From contig CAYVSA010000031.1 of the NCBI GenBank assembly GCA_964454175.1, forward strand, positions 1-22,500: a stretch of 22,500 bases of DNA, in the 5' to 3' direction. The notes beneath the pieces were generated by a model. That model worked only from the letters and a program-made list of their open reading frames with translations, was not told the DNA's origin and did not search any database. The stretch comes from an uncultured Pseudomonadota bacterium. Its GTDB lineage: Bacteria; BMS3Abin14. The number at the start of each line of letters is the position of its first letter. Position 1 is the stretch's first letter. Positions 8,228-16,893 of the stretch are shown piece after piece. A program made the translations under genes and the position numbers.

Positions 8228-9733
8228 ATGGCTTTCAAGGCGATCATAAGAAGAAATCAATATCACGACTCTGTGCGCCTGATGAAGATATCCCAGCAGG
8301 TCAGCTCCCTTGAGGGGGTTGAAAAGGTCCTGGCTATCCTGGGAACCGAGGGCAACAAGAAGATTCTGAAGGACCTGGGTCTTTTTAACAGGGACGTGGA
8401 GTCTTCCACTCCCAAAGACCTGGTTATCTGTATCGACGCTGAATCCGGTAAACACTTTGATACTGCTCTAATCGAGGTGGACAGGCTCCTTGGTGAGGCC
8501 ATCCGGGGTACTGCACAGGAAAGAGATGTGCAGTCTATGGACGAGGCGATGGGTGAGCTGCCTGAAGCCAACTATACACTGATATCTGTTCCCGGCGAGT
8601 TCGCCAAGCTGGAAGTAATGATGGCCATTGACAGGGGACTTAACGTGATGCTCTTTTCCGACAATGTTTCCATCGAGGATGAACTCTTTTTGAAGGAAAG
8701 GGCTCTCAGAAAAGGTCTGCTGATGATGGGACCTGATTGCGGCACATCCATCATCAACGGAGTTCCCTTTGCTTTTGCCAACGTCGTGCGGCGAGGTGAG
8801 GTCGGTATTGTCGGCGCCTCCGGAACCGGCATCCAGGAGATCACGTGTCTGATCCACAAGATGGGAGGTGGTATCTCCCATGCTGTCGGAGTGGGAGGCC
8901 GCGATCTAAGTGAACAGATAGGGGGAAAAATGATGGCGGCGGCGATCAGGAAGCTTTCGGAAGACCGATCGACGCGATCACTCGTACTCGTCTCCAAGCC
9001 GGGTGCCCCTAACTCGATCAGGCGGGTGCTGAGGGAAGCCGGAAAAAGTGGGCTGCCAGTGGTGATGTGTCTGCTCGGCGAGGGGAAGTTGCCCAGAGAC
9101 AAAGACAGTATAATCTTTGTGAACACACTCGAAGAGGCTGCATTTCTTGCCATGGGTAAGGAACGGCCGGCAATGGACCTTCCGCCTGGGTTGGCTGAAC
9201 GGGCTGGCTCGATGCCTGAATCCAGAAAATTCCTCAGGGGCCTTTTTTCAGGTGGCACCCTTTGCAGTGAGGCCCTGACGATTTTTACTGGAGCGCTGGA
9301 GGTCGGATCAAACATCGGGAACACGAAAAAAACTGCTGGAGAAGATCTCTTCCGTAAGAACTATTGCATCGATCTTGGGGATGATCAGTTCACTCGTGGC
9401 CGGCCTCATCCCATGATAGATTCAACGCTGCGTGGTGAATATATTGTGGATGCCCTGGTGGACCCGCAAACAAGAGTTCTCCTTCTGGATGTGGTGCTGG
9501 GATACGGGTCAAATGCTGATCCAGCAGGAGATATCGCCTCCTCCCTGGAAGAGGCCGGATCGGGTCACGATAAGGAAGGCCCGGTTGTCCTTGCCCATGT
9601 ATGTGGTACCGAACAGGATCCACAGTCCCAGTCTGCACAGGAAAACCGATTAAGTGAAGCCGGTGTTTTCCTCTTCCAGACGAACGCTGAAGCGGCCCGT
9701 GCTGCTATGAATGTTACACTTTCTACAAGTTGA
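8228..9733 (+). CDS. fdrA: FdrA/YahF (AllF-type, succinyl-CoA-synthetase-like) protein
   Basis: Y.DSV.LM, ISVPGEFA, MLFSDNV, MMGPDCGT, GASGTGIQE, GLFSGGTL, DLGDDQFTRGRPHPMID, DVVLGYG and VCGTEQDPQ. Confidence 0.93.
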   Translation: MAFKAIIRRNQYHDSVRLMKISQQVSSLEGVEKVLAILGTEGNKKILKDLGLFNRDVESSTPKDLVICIDAESGKHFDTALIEVDRLLGEAIRGTAQERDVQSMDEAMGELPEANYTLISVPGEFAKLEVMMAIDRGLNVMLFSDNVSIEDELFLKERALRKGLLMMGPDCGTSIINGVPFAFANVVRRGEVGIVGASGTGIQEITCLIHKMGGGISHAVGVGGRDLSEQIGGKMMAAAIRKLSEDRSTRSLVLVSKPGAPNSIRRVLREAGKSGLPVVMCLLGEGKLPRDKDSIIFVNTLEEAAFLAMGKERPAMDLPPGLAERAGSMPESRKFLRGLFSGGTLCSEALTIFTGALEVGSNIGNTKKTAGEDLFRKNYCIDLGDDQFTRGRPHPMIDSTLRGEYIVDALVDPQTRVLLLDVVLGYGSNADPAGDIASSLEEAGSGHDKEGPVVLAHVCGTEQDPQSQSAQENRLSEAGVFLFQTNAEAARAAMNVTLSTS

Positions 9734-9798
9734 AGTAATATTCGCAAGGTGATGGTTGTGCGCGTTTCACCGGATACCTCGACCCTTTAGGAGAGATT

Positions 9799-11247
9799 AT
9801 GGACAAGAGGGCCTGTGAACTTCTTGAGAAAAAACTGGCAGAGAAGGTCAGTTTCGATGCCGAGATCCTCGCCACTTACGATCATGACATCGGAGAGATA
9901 CCCTCTCTGGTCATGAGCCTTATCGACAACGTTCCTGAAGCTGTCGTCATCGCACGCTCAGCACAGGATGTGAAGGAGACCCTTGCAGTTGCGGGGGAAT
10001 TTCGGATACCGGTCACCCCCAGGGGGCAGGCCAGTTCGGGTTACGGCGGTGCCATCCCAACAAGGATGGGAATCCTTCTGGATCTGGTCGAGATGAACCG
10101 CATTATTAAGGTAGACAAAGGAGACATGACGGTGGATGTGGAACCCGGCGTCATCTGGAAGCAGCTTTCCCACGAGTTGAACAAAGTTGGGCTGGATAAC
10201 TGCATAGTCCCTACGAGCGCTCCTTCTTCTACCGTAGGTGGGTGGTTTGCTATGGGAGGGGTAGGGCTCGGCAGCCTTCAGTACGGCAGTATCCGGGATG
10301 TGGTCCTTGCAATAGACGTTATCGGGCTGGACGGCCAGCTGAGGACTTTTTCCGGAGACGATCTTGTCCTCCATTACCAGGCCTGCGGGATACTGGGTGT
10401 CATCACACGGCTGAGGCTTCGGTGCAGGAAGCTTGAAGAACAGCGGCCCTATGCCATCGCCCTACCTGATGCTGATGCTGTTGAGGGGTTCGTCATGGCT
10501 GTCTGCGACGATCTGCACCCCTACACCGTAATACTTCACTCGCCTGGATATGTGGAGATGAAAAAAGACATGGGTGAAGAGGAATCGGTTCCGAAGGGCT
10601 CGTTTTTGGCGATAGTAGTCCTTTCAGGAAGTGGGGTCGACGAATCTGCTTTAACCAATATCACTTCGCGGTTCAGTGGCGTGATTCTTGATGAGGCTGT
10701 TGCGAAACACTCATGGGATGACAGGTTCTACCCTATGCGCATTAAAAAGCTGGGCCCTTCCGTCCTGGTAAGCGAGTTTTTTCTCCCCGCTGAGAATTTC
10801 CGAAAAACCTGGAAAGGGATAGAGGACGACCTCTCACGAGAACTTCTGGGCATGGAGGCGGTAGTCATTCACGAAGGGAGAATGGCGGTGCTGGTATATA
10901 TCCTGGACGATGCAAACAGATTTCTCTACCAGCTTCGAATGGCAAAGGCACTCAGACCTATTCGGGTTGCAGAGAGATACGGAGGGTCCGTTTACACAGC
11001 CGGTCTCTGGTTTGCTTCCAGTTCCCGCAAGATTTTCGGGCAGGAAAAATTAGACGCCCTCCTTCGGGAAAAGAGGAGGACGGATCCGGGAGGTCTCCTC
11101 AATCCGGGCAAGATCTTCTCACCGAAGGTGAAACTTCTCCCGTTTGTTAAAGTTGGTTCACTGATCGACCTGGCCTCCAGCATCACATCACCCCTTTCAA
11201 AGGCACTGGTGTACAGGCGCTCTGCCAGGGAAAGGATGGATAACTAG
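9799..11247 (+). CDS. FAD-linked oxidoreductase (GlcD/D-lactate dehydrogenase-like, VAO/PCMH fold)
   Basis: PVTPRGQASSGYGG, VEPGV, STVGGW, GILGVIT and C-terminal DPGGLLNPGK. Confidence 0.85.
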   Translation: MDKRACELLEKKLAEKVSFDAEILATYDHDIGEIPSLVMSLIDNVPEAVVIARSAQDVKETLAVAGEFRIPVTPRGQASSGYGGAIPTRMGILLDLVEMNRIIKVDKGDMTVDVEPGVIWKQLSHELNKVGLDNCIVPTSAPSSTVGGWFAMGGVGLGSLQYGSIRDVVLAIDVIGLDGQLRTFSGDDLVLHYQACGILGVITRLRLRCRKLEEQRPYAIALPDADAVEGFVMAVCDDLHPYTVILHSPGYVEMKKDMGEEESVPKGSFLAIVVLSGSGVDESALTNITSRFSGVILDEAVAKHSWDDRFYPMRIKKLGPSVLVSEFFLPAENFRKTWKGIEDDLSRELLGMEAVVIHEGRMAVLVYILDDANRFLYQLRMAKALRPIRVAERYGGSVYTAGLWFASSSRKIFGQEKLDALLREKRRTDPGGLLNPGKIFSPKVKLLPFVKVGSLIDLASSITSPLSKALVYRRSARERMDN

Positions 11248-11251
11248 GACA

Positions 11252-12433
11252 ATGGAAAAAGACAAATTTGACCCACGGGCGAAAGTTGAGATCTCCAGCG
11301 AGCTCCTCCATTCCGTTGACACGTGCGCCCGGTGCGGATTCTGCAAGCCGGCGTGCACTACCCATCCCTTCGGGGGTGGATTCGAGGCGTTTTCACCACG
11401 TGCAAAAGTGCATTACATAAAGCAGGTACTGGAAGGAAAGGAAAAGCTGACCCCCGACTGGGTGGATCGCCTCTATCAGTGCACCACCTGCGAGAGGTGC
11501 GAGGAGGTATGTCAGACGGATATCCCGCTGGTCCCCCTTTGGGAGACGCTTCGTGCAATGTCGGTGGAACAGGGCATTGGCCCGATGCCGATGCACCGGA
11601 AACTCAGGGAAAGCGTGGACACCTACAGCAACCCCTACGGCGAACCCACCAACGAGAGACACCAGTGGATGCTCCCTGACCACCAGCCTGCCGGGGAGGC
11701 TGACATTCTGGTGTTCGGTGGATGCACAGCGTCCTACAAAATGCCGTTTATGCTTCAGACAGGTGTGACCATTCTGCAAAAACAGGGGATCTCTTATGCC
11801 TATGCGGGTAGCGATGAAGTGTGCTGCGGAAGCCCGATCCTGAGGACAGGCCAGATGGGGACGGCCCTGCAGTTGATCGAGTCGAACATCGACCTGTTCC
11901 ACAAGCTGGGTGTAAAAGAGATCGTCACTCCGTGCGGTGGCTGCTCGAAGACCCTCAAGGCAGATTACCCCAAGTTTGCCGGGATCCTGGGTAAGGAGTG
12001 GAGCTTTGAAGTCAAACATTTTTCAGAAGTATACGTTGACTTGATACGGTGCGGAGAGATTAAGCCTTCCAAGGTGATAAACAGAAAGGTAACCTATCAT
12101 GATCCCTGTCACCTGGGACGCTCCCAGAATATTTTTAACGAGCCCAGGGAGATACTCAAAGCTATCCCGGGCTTGACCCTTCTGGAGATGGAGAGCACCA
12201 TGGAGGACTCGCGGTGCTGCGGTGCCGGCGGGGGTGTTAAGGCCAACTATCCGGAAATGGCCGATGACATTGCAGACAGGAGGGTGCGGGAGGCAATTGC
12301 CACCGGTGCTGACACTCTGGTTACAATGTGCCCCTTCTGCCAGACGAGCTTTACTCAATCAATTAAAAGGTTGAGTGCCCCGCTGGAATTATTGGGGGTC
12401 GAGGACCTGCTGCTGCAGTCAGTGGAAGATTGA
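11252..12433 (+). CDS. Fe-S oxidoreductase (GlcF/HdrD-like; two [4Fe-4S] motifs plus two CCG domains)
   Basis: CARCGFCKPAC, CTTCERCEEVC, CCG, PCGGC, YHDPCHLGR, CCGAGGG and CPFC. Confidence 0.9.
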   Translation: MEKDKFDPRAKVEISSELLHSVDTCARCGFCKPACTTHPFGGGFEAFSPRAKVHYIKQVLEGKEKLTPDWVDRLYQCTTCERCEEVCQTDIPLVPLWETLRAMSVEQGIGPMPMHRKLRESVDTYSNPYGEPTNERHQWMLPDHQPAGEADILVFGGCTASYKMPFMLQTGVTILQKQGISYAYAGSDEVCCGSPILRTGQMGTALQLIESNIDLFHKLGVKEIVTPCGGCSKTLKADYPKFAGILGKEWSFEVKHFSEVYVDLIRCGEIKPSKVINRKVTYHDPCHLGRSQNIFNEPREILKAIPGLTLLEMESTMEDSRCCGAGGGVKANYPEMADDIADRRVREAIATGADTLVTMCPFCQTSFTQSIKRLSAPLELLGVEDLLLQSVED

Positions 12434-12437
12434 GGCT

Positions 12438-13298
12438 ATGGGTGGAAACATCGGCTGTGCCGTCCTGGAGATGGCGCGTAGGGGCGTCACCGGCAGTGTG
12501 GCCGCTGTATTTGACAGATCAACACACCTGAAGTCCGACGACACAACTATCACACTCGGGACACTGGATATCCCGAACCACCCCTTTACCATCAGAACTG
12601 TTCATTTCCCTGCCGCACTTCGGGTGGGATCGGGATTCAAACTTTTATTGAATAAGATCGTTATCTCGGATCTTTACCGGGAAGACCTGAGTACAATGGA
12701 AATATTCACGCCGCCAATGTGCGTCAACGACATGGTTGATGTTACAGCCATGTTTTCATGTCTCCAAGAGGCGCGCAGATTGGTAGCCACTACCACTTTC
12801 AAGGATGGATTCAGCTCCTTTGTTATCACAAGCCCCCTTCAAGGAATTATCACCCAGGCCGTAGTCCCTGTTCTAGACAGCGTGATGGAGACTATCCGCA
12901 AGAAAGATTGGCTGGGAATGGCAACCAGCGCAGTCGACCTTGCGGGAATAGGTGAAGGGCTCACCCCTTCAGGAGACGATTTCCTGGTTGGCCTGATAGC
13001 AGCCCTGCGCTTTCACCACAGTAGCGGAGGACCGGGCCCCGATACCGAACTTTTAAAAACCCTGGCCATGGAGGCGGGGAAAAGGACATCGCCATTTTCA
13101 TCACAGTGCATCCGGGCAGCAGCCGATGGCCTGGTTTCAGAGGACGTTTCGGATTGGCTTGTCTCCTTCCACGTCGGGGACATTGATGCCATGAAGGATT
13201 CCACGACCAGGCTGCTGAACCAGGGGCATTCCAGCGGGGTTGATACCTTCGCGGGTATGTCCATGGGACTGTCCTCCATTCTCGAGATTGGAAAATGA
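12438..13298 (+). CDS. DUF2877 / YlbF (AllH-type transcarbamoylase subunit)
   Basis: GIGEGLTPSGDDFLVG and GHSSGVDTFAG signatures; ATG 12438 chosen, directly after the preceding stop. Confidence 0.85.
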   Translation: MGGNIGCAVLEMARRGVTGSVAAVFDRSTHLKSDDTTITLGTLDIPNHPFTIRTVHFPAALRVGSGFKLLLNKIVISDLYREDLSTMEIFTPPMCVNDMVDVTAMFSCLQEARRLVATTTFKDGFSSFVITSPLQGIITQAVVPVLDSVMETIRKKDWLGMATSAVDLAGIGEGLTPSGDDFLVGLIAALRFHHSSGGPGPDTELLKTLAMEAGKRTSPFSSQCIRAAADGLVSEDVSDWLVSFHVGDIDAMKDSTTRLLNQGHSSGVDTFAGMSMGLSSILEIGK

Positions 13299-14263
13299 GC
13301 CGGCCCGGCCTTTCAGCGCTGGTGGAGGGGATTCGTGCTTCCAGGCAGTTCGCTCAGAAGAGATCCATCGGCACCATTGTAGGCTATAATGAACAAGACT
13401 CCCTGGATTCCCACATTCTCAATGGGGATGATGCTGCTGTCATTGCCGATGGCGATGAGTACCTGCTCCTGGCTGCTGAGGGGATTATTCCTTCCCTGGT
13501 TGAGTTGGACCCTTTTTTCGCTGGTAGAAGTGCTGTACTGGCAAATGTGAATGATATTTACTCAATGGGCGGCCACCCGACTGCTTTGGTCAATGTCATC
13601 GGCAGCAGTGACCCTAATACCGCTGGAGAAGTTCTAAGGGGGATGCGGAACTTTGCGGCGCGTTTCAACGTGCCCATTGTCGGGGGCCATACACTTATAA
13701 GCGAAGGAATGGCCTCAATCTCTCTCACGGTCCTTGGCAGGGCCAGGCGTTTGATCACCAGTTTCGATGCCCATCCTGAAGACAGGGTCGCTCTCGTGTA
13801 TAATCCCGAGGGCAGCTGGCTGGACGAACTGGGGTTCTGGAACTCCATCCCGGCCAGGAGCGCCCGGGACCACGTGGGGGATCTGGAGCTCCTTCCAAAA
13901 GCTGCTGAATCCGGGATGGTGTGCGCAGGAAAAGATATCAGCATGGCAGGAATCGCAGGCACAGCCCTGATGTTTGCCGAAGCCTCTGGTCTTGGAATGC
14001 GCATTGATCTGAACAGGGTCCCAGTCCCTGAGGGAATTGATCCTGGCAGATGGCTGCTGGCATATTTCTCCTACGGTTTTATACTTGCTGTAGCTGGAAA
14101 AAACTGGGGATTCGTATCGGAGCTTTTTGAAAACCGTTCTCTGGACATGTTGGACATCGGCCATTTCTGCAGCGGATCCCAGGTTCGTTTCTCAAAAGAT
14201 GGTGACACGCAGGTCCTGTGGGATTGGGCGAAGGATTCCTTTACGGGATTTTCTAAAAGATGA
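13295..14263 (+). CDS. sll0787/MSMEG_0567 C-terminal (NitF)-like AIR-synthase-related protein (PurM/SelD/HypE superfamily)
   Basis: NGDDAAVI, LLLAAEG, ANVNDIYSMGG, VPIVGGHT and AGKDISMAGIAGTALM. Confidence 0.87.
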   Translation: MSRPGLSALVEGIRASRQFAQKRSIGTIVGYNEQDSLDSHILNGDDAAVIADGDEYLLLAAEGIIPSLVELDPFFAGRSAVLANVNDIYSMGGHPTALVNVIGSSDPNTAGEVLRGMRNFAARFNVPIVGGHTLISEGMASISLTVLGRARRLITSFDAHPEDRVALVYNPEGSWLDELGFWNSIPARSARDHVGDLELLPKAAESGMVCAGKDISMAGIAGTALMFAEASGLGMRIDLNRVPVPEGIDPGRWLLAYFSYGFILAVAGKNWGFVSELFENRSLDMLDIGHFCSGSQVRFSKDGDTQVLWDWAKDSFTGFSKR

Positions 14264-15036
14264 TCGTTTCACAACCAATGTGGGGCCAAAAGAGCAGGTT
14301 TTTTCTGCCCAACGAAGATGCTCACGCGGTCCGGGAGGCAATTGCCATGCTCGGCGCTGCGCCGCGATTCCCTGTGTTCGTCGGTGGATCAGGATTGTTG
14401 ATCCTGGAGGTTGCAAGGACTCTTCCCGGGAAAACAGGGGCGGTGTATGTGGATATCTCCCTGTTTCAGGTGGAATATTTCGGCAAGATTCTGACGGCCC
14501 TGGGCCGACTCCATTCACCGGAAGAGTTAAGGGAGTGGTTTTCGCTCGAAGTCTATCCGGTCTTACGGGATCATTTTGTCGAGGCCAGGGACCGTCTTTA
14601 CCTTGAAGAGCAGGTTTATTACGCGATGGAGCACCTGTTCCGGATAAGGTTCTTTTTCGAGGACGATGCTTTCACGCAGGCCAGGGATGCAGGCAAACGG
14701 GTGAAAGTGTCTCAGGAGGACATTGTCGATTATCTCGGGAGGACACGAAACCGGCACGATTTCGTCTACCTTAGCAACATTCTGGATTATCTGCCGACTG
14801 AGAAGGTGTCGATCCTGGCAGGATACTGTATGTCCCTAGGTGCCGCTGTATACGCTCTCGTAACAGAGGCGTGTCCGGATCAGAGGTCTGTGGCCGGACT
14901 CTGGAAAGATGCCGGCTTTGAGGTTCATCCCGGAAGTGACGAGCTTTCAGCGATTAATCGAGGTCTCGGATCAAAGAGTCTTGATCGGCCGTGGAACCGG
15001 GTGGGCGAGGTGCTGCTGTTGACGCCCGGAAAGTAA
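14260..15036 (+). CDS. Hypothetical protein, probable class I SAM-binding fold (BtaA/DUF3419-like)
   Basis: PNED, VGGSG, YVDIS..Q and DFVYLSNILDY resemble BtaA-like SAM-binding motifs; ATGA coupling to the preceding gene. Family call tentative. Confidence 0.55.
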   Translation: MIVSQPMWGQKSRFFLPNEDAHAVREAIAMLGAAPRFPVFVGGSGLLILEVARTLPGKTGAVYVDISLFQVEYFGKILTALGRLHSPEELREWFSLEVYPVLRDHFVEARDRLYLEEQVYYAMEHLFRIRFFFEDDAFTQARDAGKRVKVSQEDIVDYLGRTRNRHDFVYLSNILDYLPTEKVSILAGYCMSLGAAVYALVTEACPDQRSVAGLWKDAGFEVHPGSDELSAINRGLGSKSLDRPWNRVGEVLLLTPGK

Positions 15037-15135
15037 GTACCCGGAAGACCTGAAAGCTCCAGCTACTTTCCGGCTGTGAAGCGGCTCGAATCAGAGCGAT
15101 AATCGGAATTCAGACTTGATCATAGTGAGGATAAG

Positions 15136-16125
15136 ATGAAAAAAGCAACATTTATGGTTATTGCAGTGATTGCTGTAGCAGGTGCCCTCTTCCTGACTCG
15201 TGACAACCCGTCCAGGGAGGGAAAATCCGAAGACACTCCTGTCAGGATGGCCTATCTTCAAAATGACATTCATCACCTTGCCCTGTGGGTTGCACTGGAG
15301 AAGGGTTATTTCCAGGAAGAGGGAGTCGAGGTTGAAATCGCGGGTATATTCAGAGCTGGACCAGAACTCATGAGCGCTTTTACCGCCGGCGCCCTTGATA
15401 TGGGTTACGTCGGAGAGGCTCCGTCCACTTTTGCTGTTGCCAACCGGACTGCCGATGTGAAGGTTGTAGCTCAGGTCAACACTGAGGGTTCGGCATTGAT
15501 GGTGTCCAGAACTTCAACGGATATCAATGCGGTCTCAGCTCTGGAGGGGAAAGTTGTCGGTGTGCCTGGTCACGCAACGGTTCAGGATTTTCTGTTGAGT
15601 AAAGCCCTGTCAAATGCAGGTATTGATCCCTCCAAAGTAAATATAGTGATCATCAAACCTCCAGAAATGATCGAGGCCCTCCGAGCGGGTCAGATCGACG
15701 CCTTTATCGCCTGGGAGCCCTATCCTTCTAAAGCCGAGGTAGAACAGGTGGGCAGGAACCTGGCAAGCTCAGGGGACATTTGGGCCGACCATCCATGCTG
15801 CGTTCTCGTATCTGATGCTGAATTCATGGAATCGGAACCCGGGAAGGTAAAAAAGGTAGTGCGCGCCCACATCAGGGCAACAGAGTTTATCAGGGCCAAT
15901 AACGAGGAGGCAATACGCATTGGCGTCAAGTACACCGGGATGGATGAGCCGTCGGTGCGCAGGGCCCTCAAGTCAGTAGAGTACACCTTCGTTCCAAGTG
16001 TAGCCGGTGAGAGGGAGTATGTCAGGTTCCTTTCTGAACTAGGATACCTTAGGGTTGATGATATCGATGCCTTCGTGTCTGATTTCATTAACGAGGATTT
16101 CCTGGGTGATATCGAGGCCCGATGA
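15136..16125 (+). CDS. ABC transporter substrate-binding protein (SsuA/TauA/NMT1/NrtA-like)
   Basis: N-terminal signal/anchor, GYFQEEG, G.LDMGYVG..P, GQIDAFIAWEPY and HPCCV. Confidence 0.9.
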   Translation: MKKATFMVIAVIAVAGALFLTRDNPSREGKSEDTPVRMAYLQNDIHHLALWVALEKGYFQEEGVEVEIAGIFRAGPELMSAFTAGALDMGYVGEAPSTFAVANRTADVKVVAQVNTEGSALMVSRTSTDINAVSALEGKVVGVPGHATVQDFLLSKALSNAGIDPSKVNIVIIKPPEMIEALRAGQIDAFIAWEPYPSKAEVEQVGRNLASSGDIWADHPCCVLVSDAEFMESEPGKVKKVVRAHIRATEFIRANNEEAIRIGVKYTGMDEPSVRRALKSVEYTFVPSVAGEREYVRFLSELGYLRVDDIDAFVSDFINEDFLGDIEAR

Positions 16126-16880
16126 GAGGAAAACAGCTTGTCCCGCCGCTTGTTCTGGTCGCTTTATGGCAGGCTGTGTGTTCAATCGGCCTGGTCCCGG
16201 TCTACAAACTGCCGTCTCCCGTTCAGGTCCTGATTGGTCTCGGTAATCTGATAACGGTTGGCCTGCCTCCGGGCCACCTACTACACACCCATATTCTGTA
16301 CAGTCTGGAAAGAGTATTTATAGGGTATGCAGCTGCGGTCTTGACTGCTATACCCTTGGGAATCTCCATAGGTTGGTCAAAGAGGGTCCGTTTCATGCTG
16401 GAGCCGCTGGTAGAACTCTTTAGGCCGATCCCTCCGCTGGCCTGGATCCCCATCGCTATTATGTGGTTCGGCATCGGGACAAAATCAGCAGCGTTCATCA
16501 TCTTCCTGGGTGCCTTTTTCCCGATCCTACTCAATACCTCCTCCGGTGTGCTCGGCATCGATCCCATTCTCATAGAGGCGATACTGACTCTGAATGCCAA
16601 AAAGAGGGACGTTGTGTTCAGGGTTCTCGTCCCCGGGGCCATTCCAACCATAATCACCGGGATGAGGATAGGCTTGGGTCTCGGGTGGATGACTTTAGTG
16701 GCAGCAGAATTTTCGGGCGTCAAAGAAGGCTATGGTTTGGGTTATATGATAATGACGGCCAGAGACATCCAGCGGCCAGATGAAGTTCTTGCGGGAATGA
16801 TGGTAATTGGTATGATCGGACTCGTCATTGACGGGCTGCTGCGGTTGGCGGAGAAAAAACTGATTAAATGGAGACACTGA
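16122..16880 (+). CDS. ABC transporter permease (SsuC/TauC/NitT family)
   Basis: LPSP, RPIPPLAWIP, WFGIG, EAA-like loop and LVAAE; multiple hydrophobic segments. Confidence 0.92.
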   Translation: MRGKQLVPPLVLVALWQAVCSIGLVPVYKLPSPVQVLIGLGNLITVGLPPGHLLHTHILYSLERVFIGYAAAVLTAIPLGISIGWSKRVRFMLEPLVELFRPIPPLAWIPIAIMWFGIGTKSAAFIIFLGAFFPILLNTSSGVLGIDPILIEAILTLNAKKRDVVFRVLVPGAIPTIITGMRIGLGLGWMTLVAAEFSGVKEGYGLGYMIMTARDIQRPDEVLAGMMVIGMIGLVIDGLLRLAEKKLIKWRH

Positions 16881-16893
16881 TGAGGGAGAACAA

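Noticed and set aside
7547-9324. Long antisense ORFs (7547..8170, 8572..9324; likewise 11393..12019, 18471..19088, 20440..21024)
   Set aside because: They are shadows of well-supported genes on the opposite strand, with no recognisable motifs.
13295-14263. Selenophosphate synthetase SelD, tempting because of the nearby selenoprotein
   Set aside because: Lacks the N-terminal Cys/Sec-x-x-Lys motif of SelD; motifs fit the sll0787 family.
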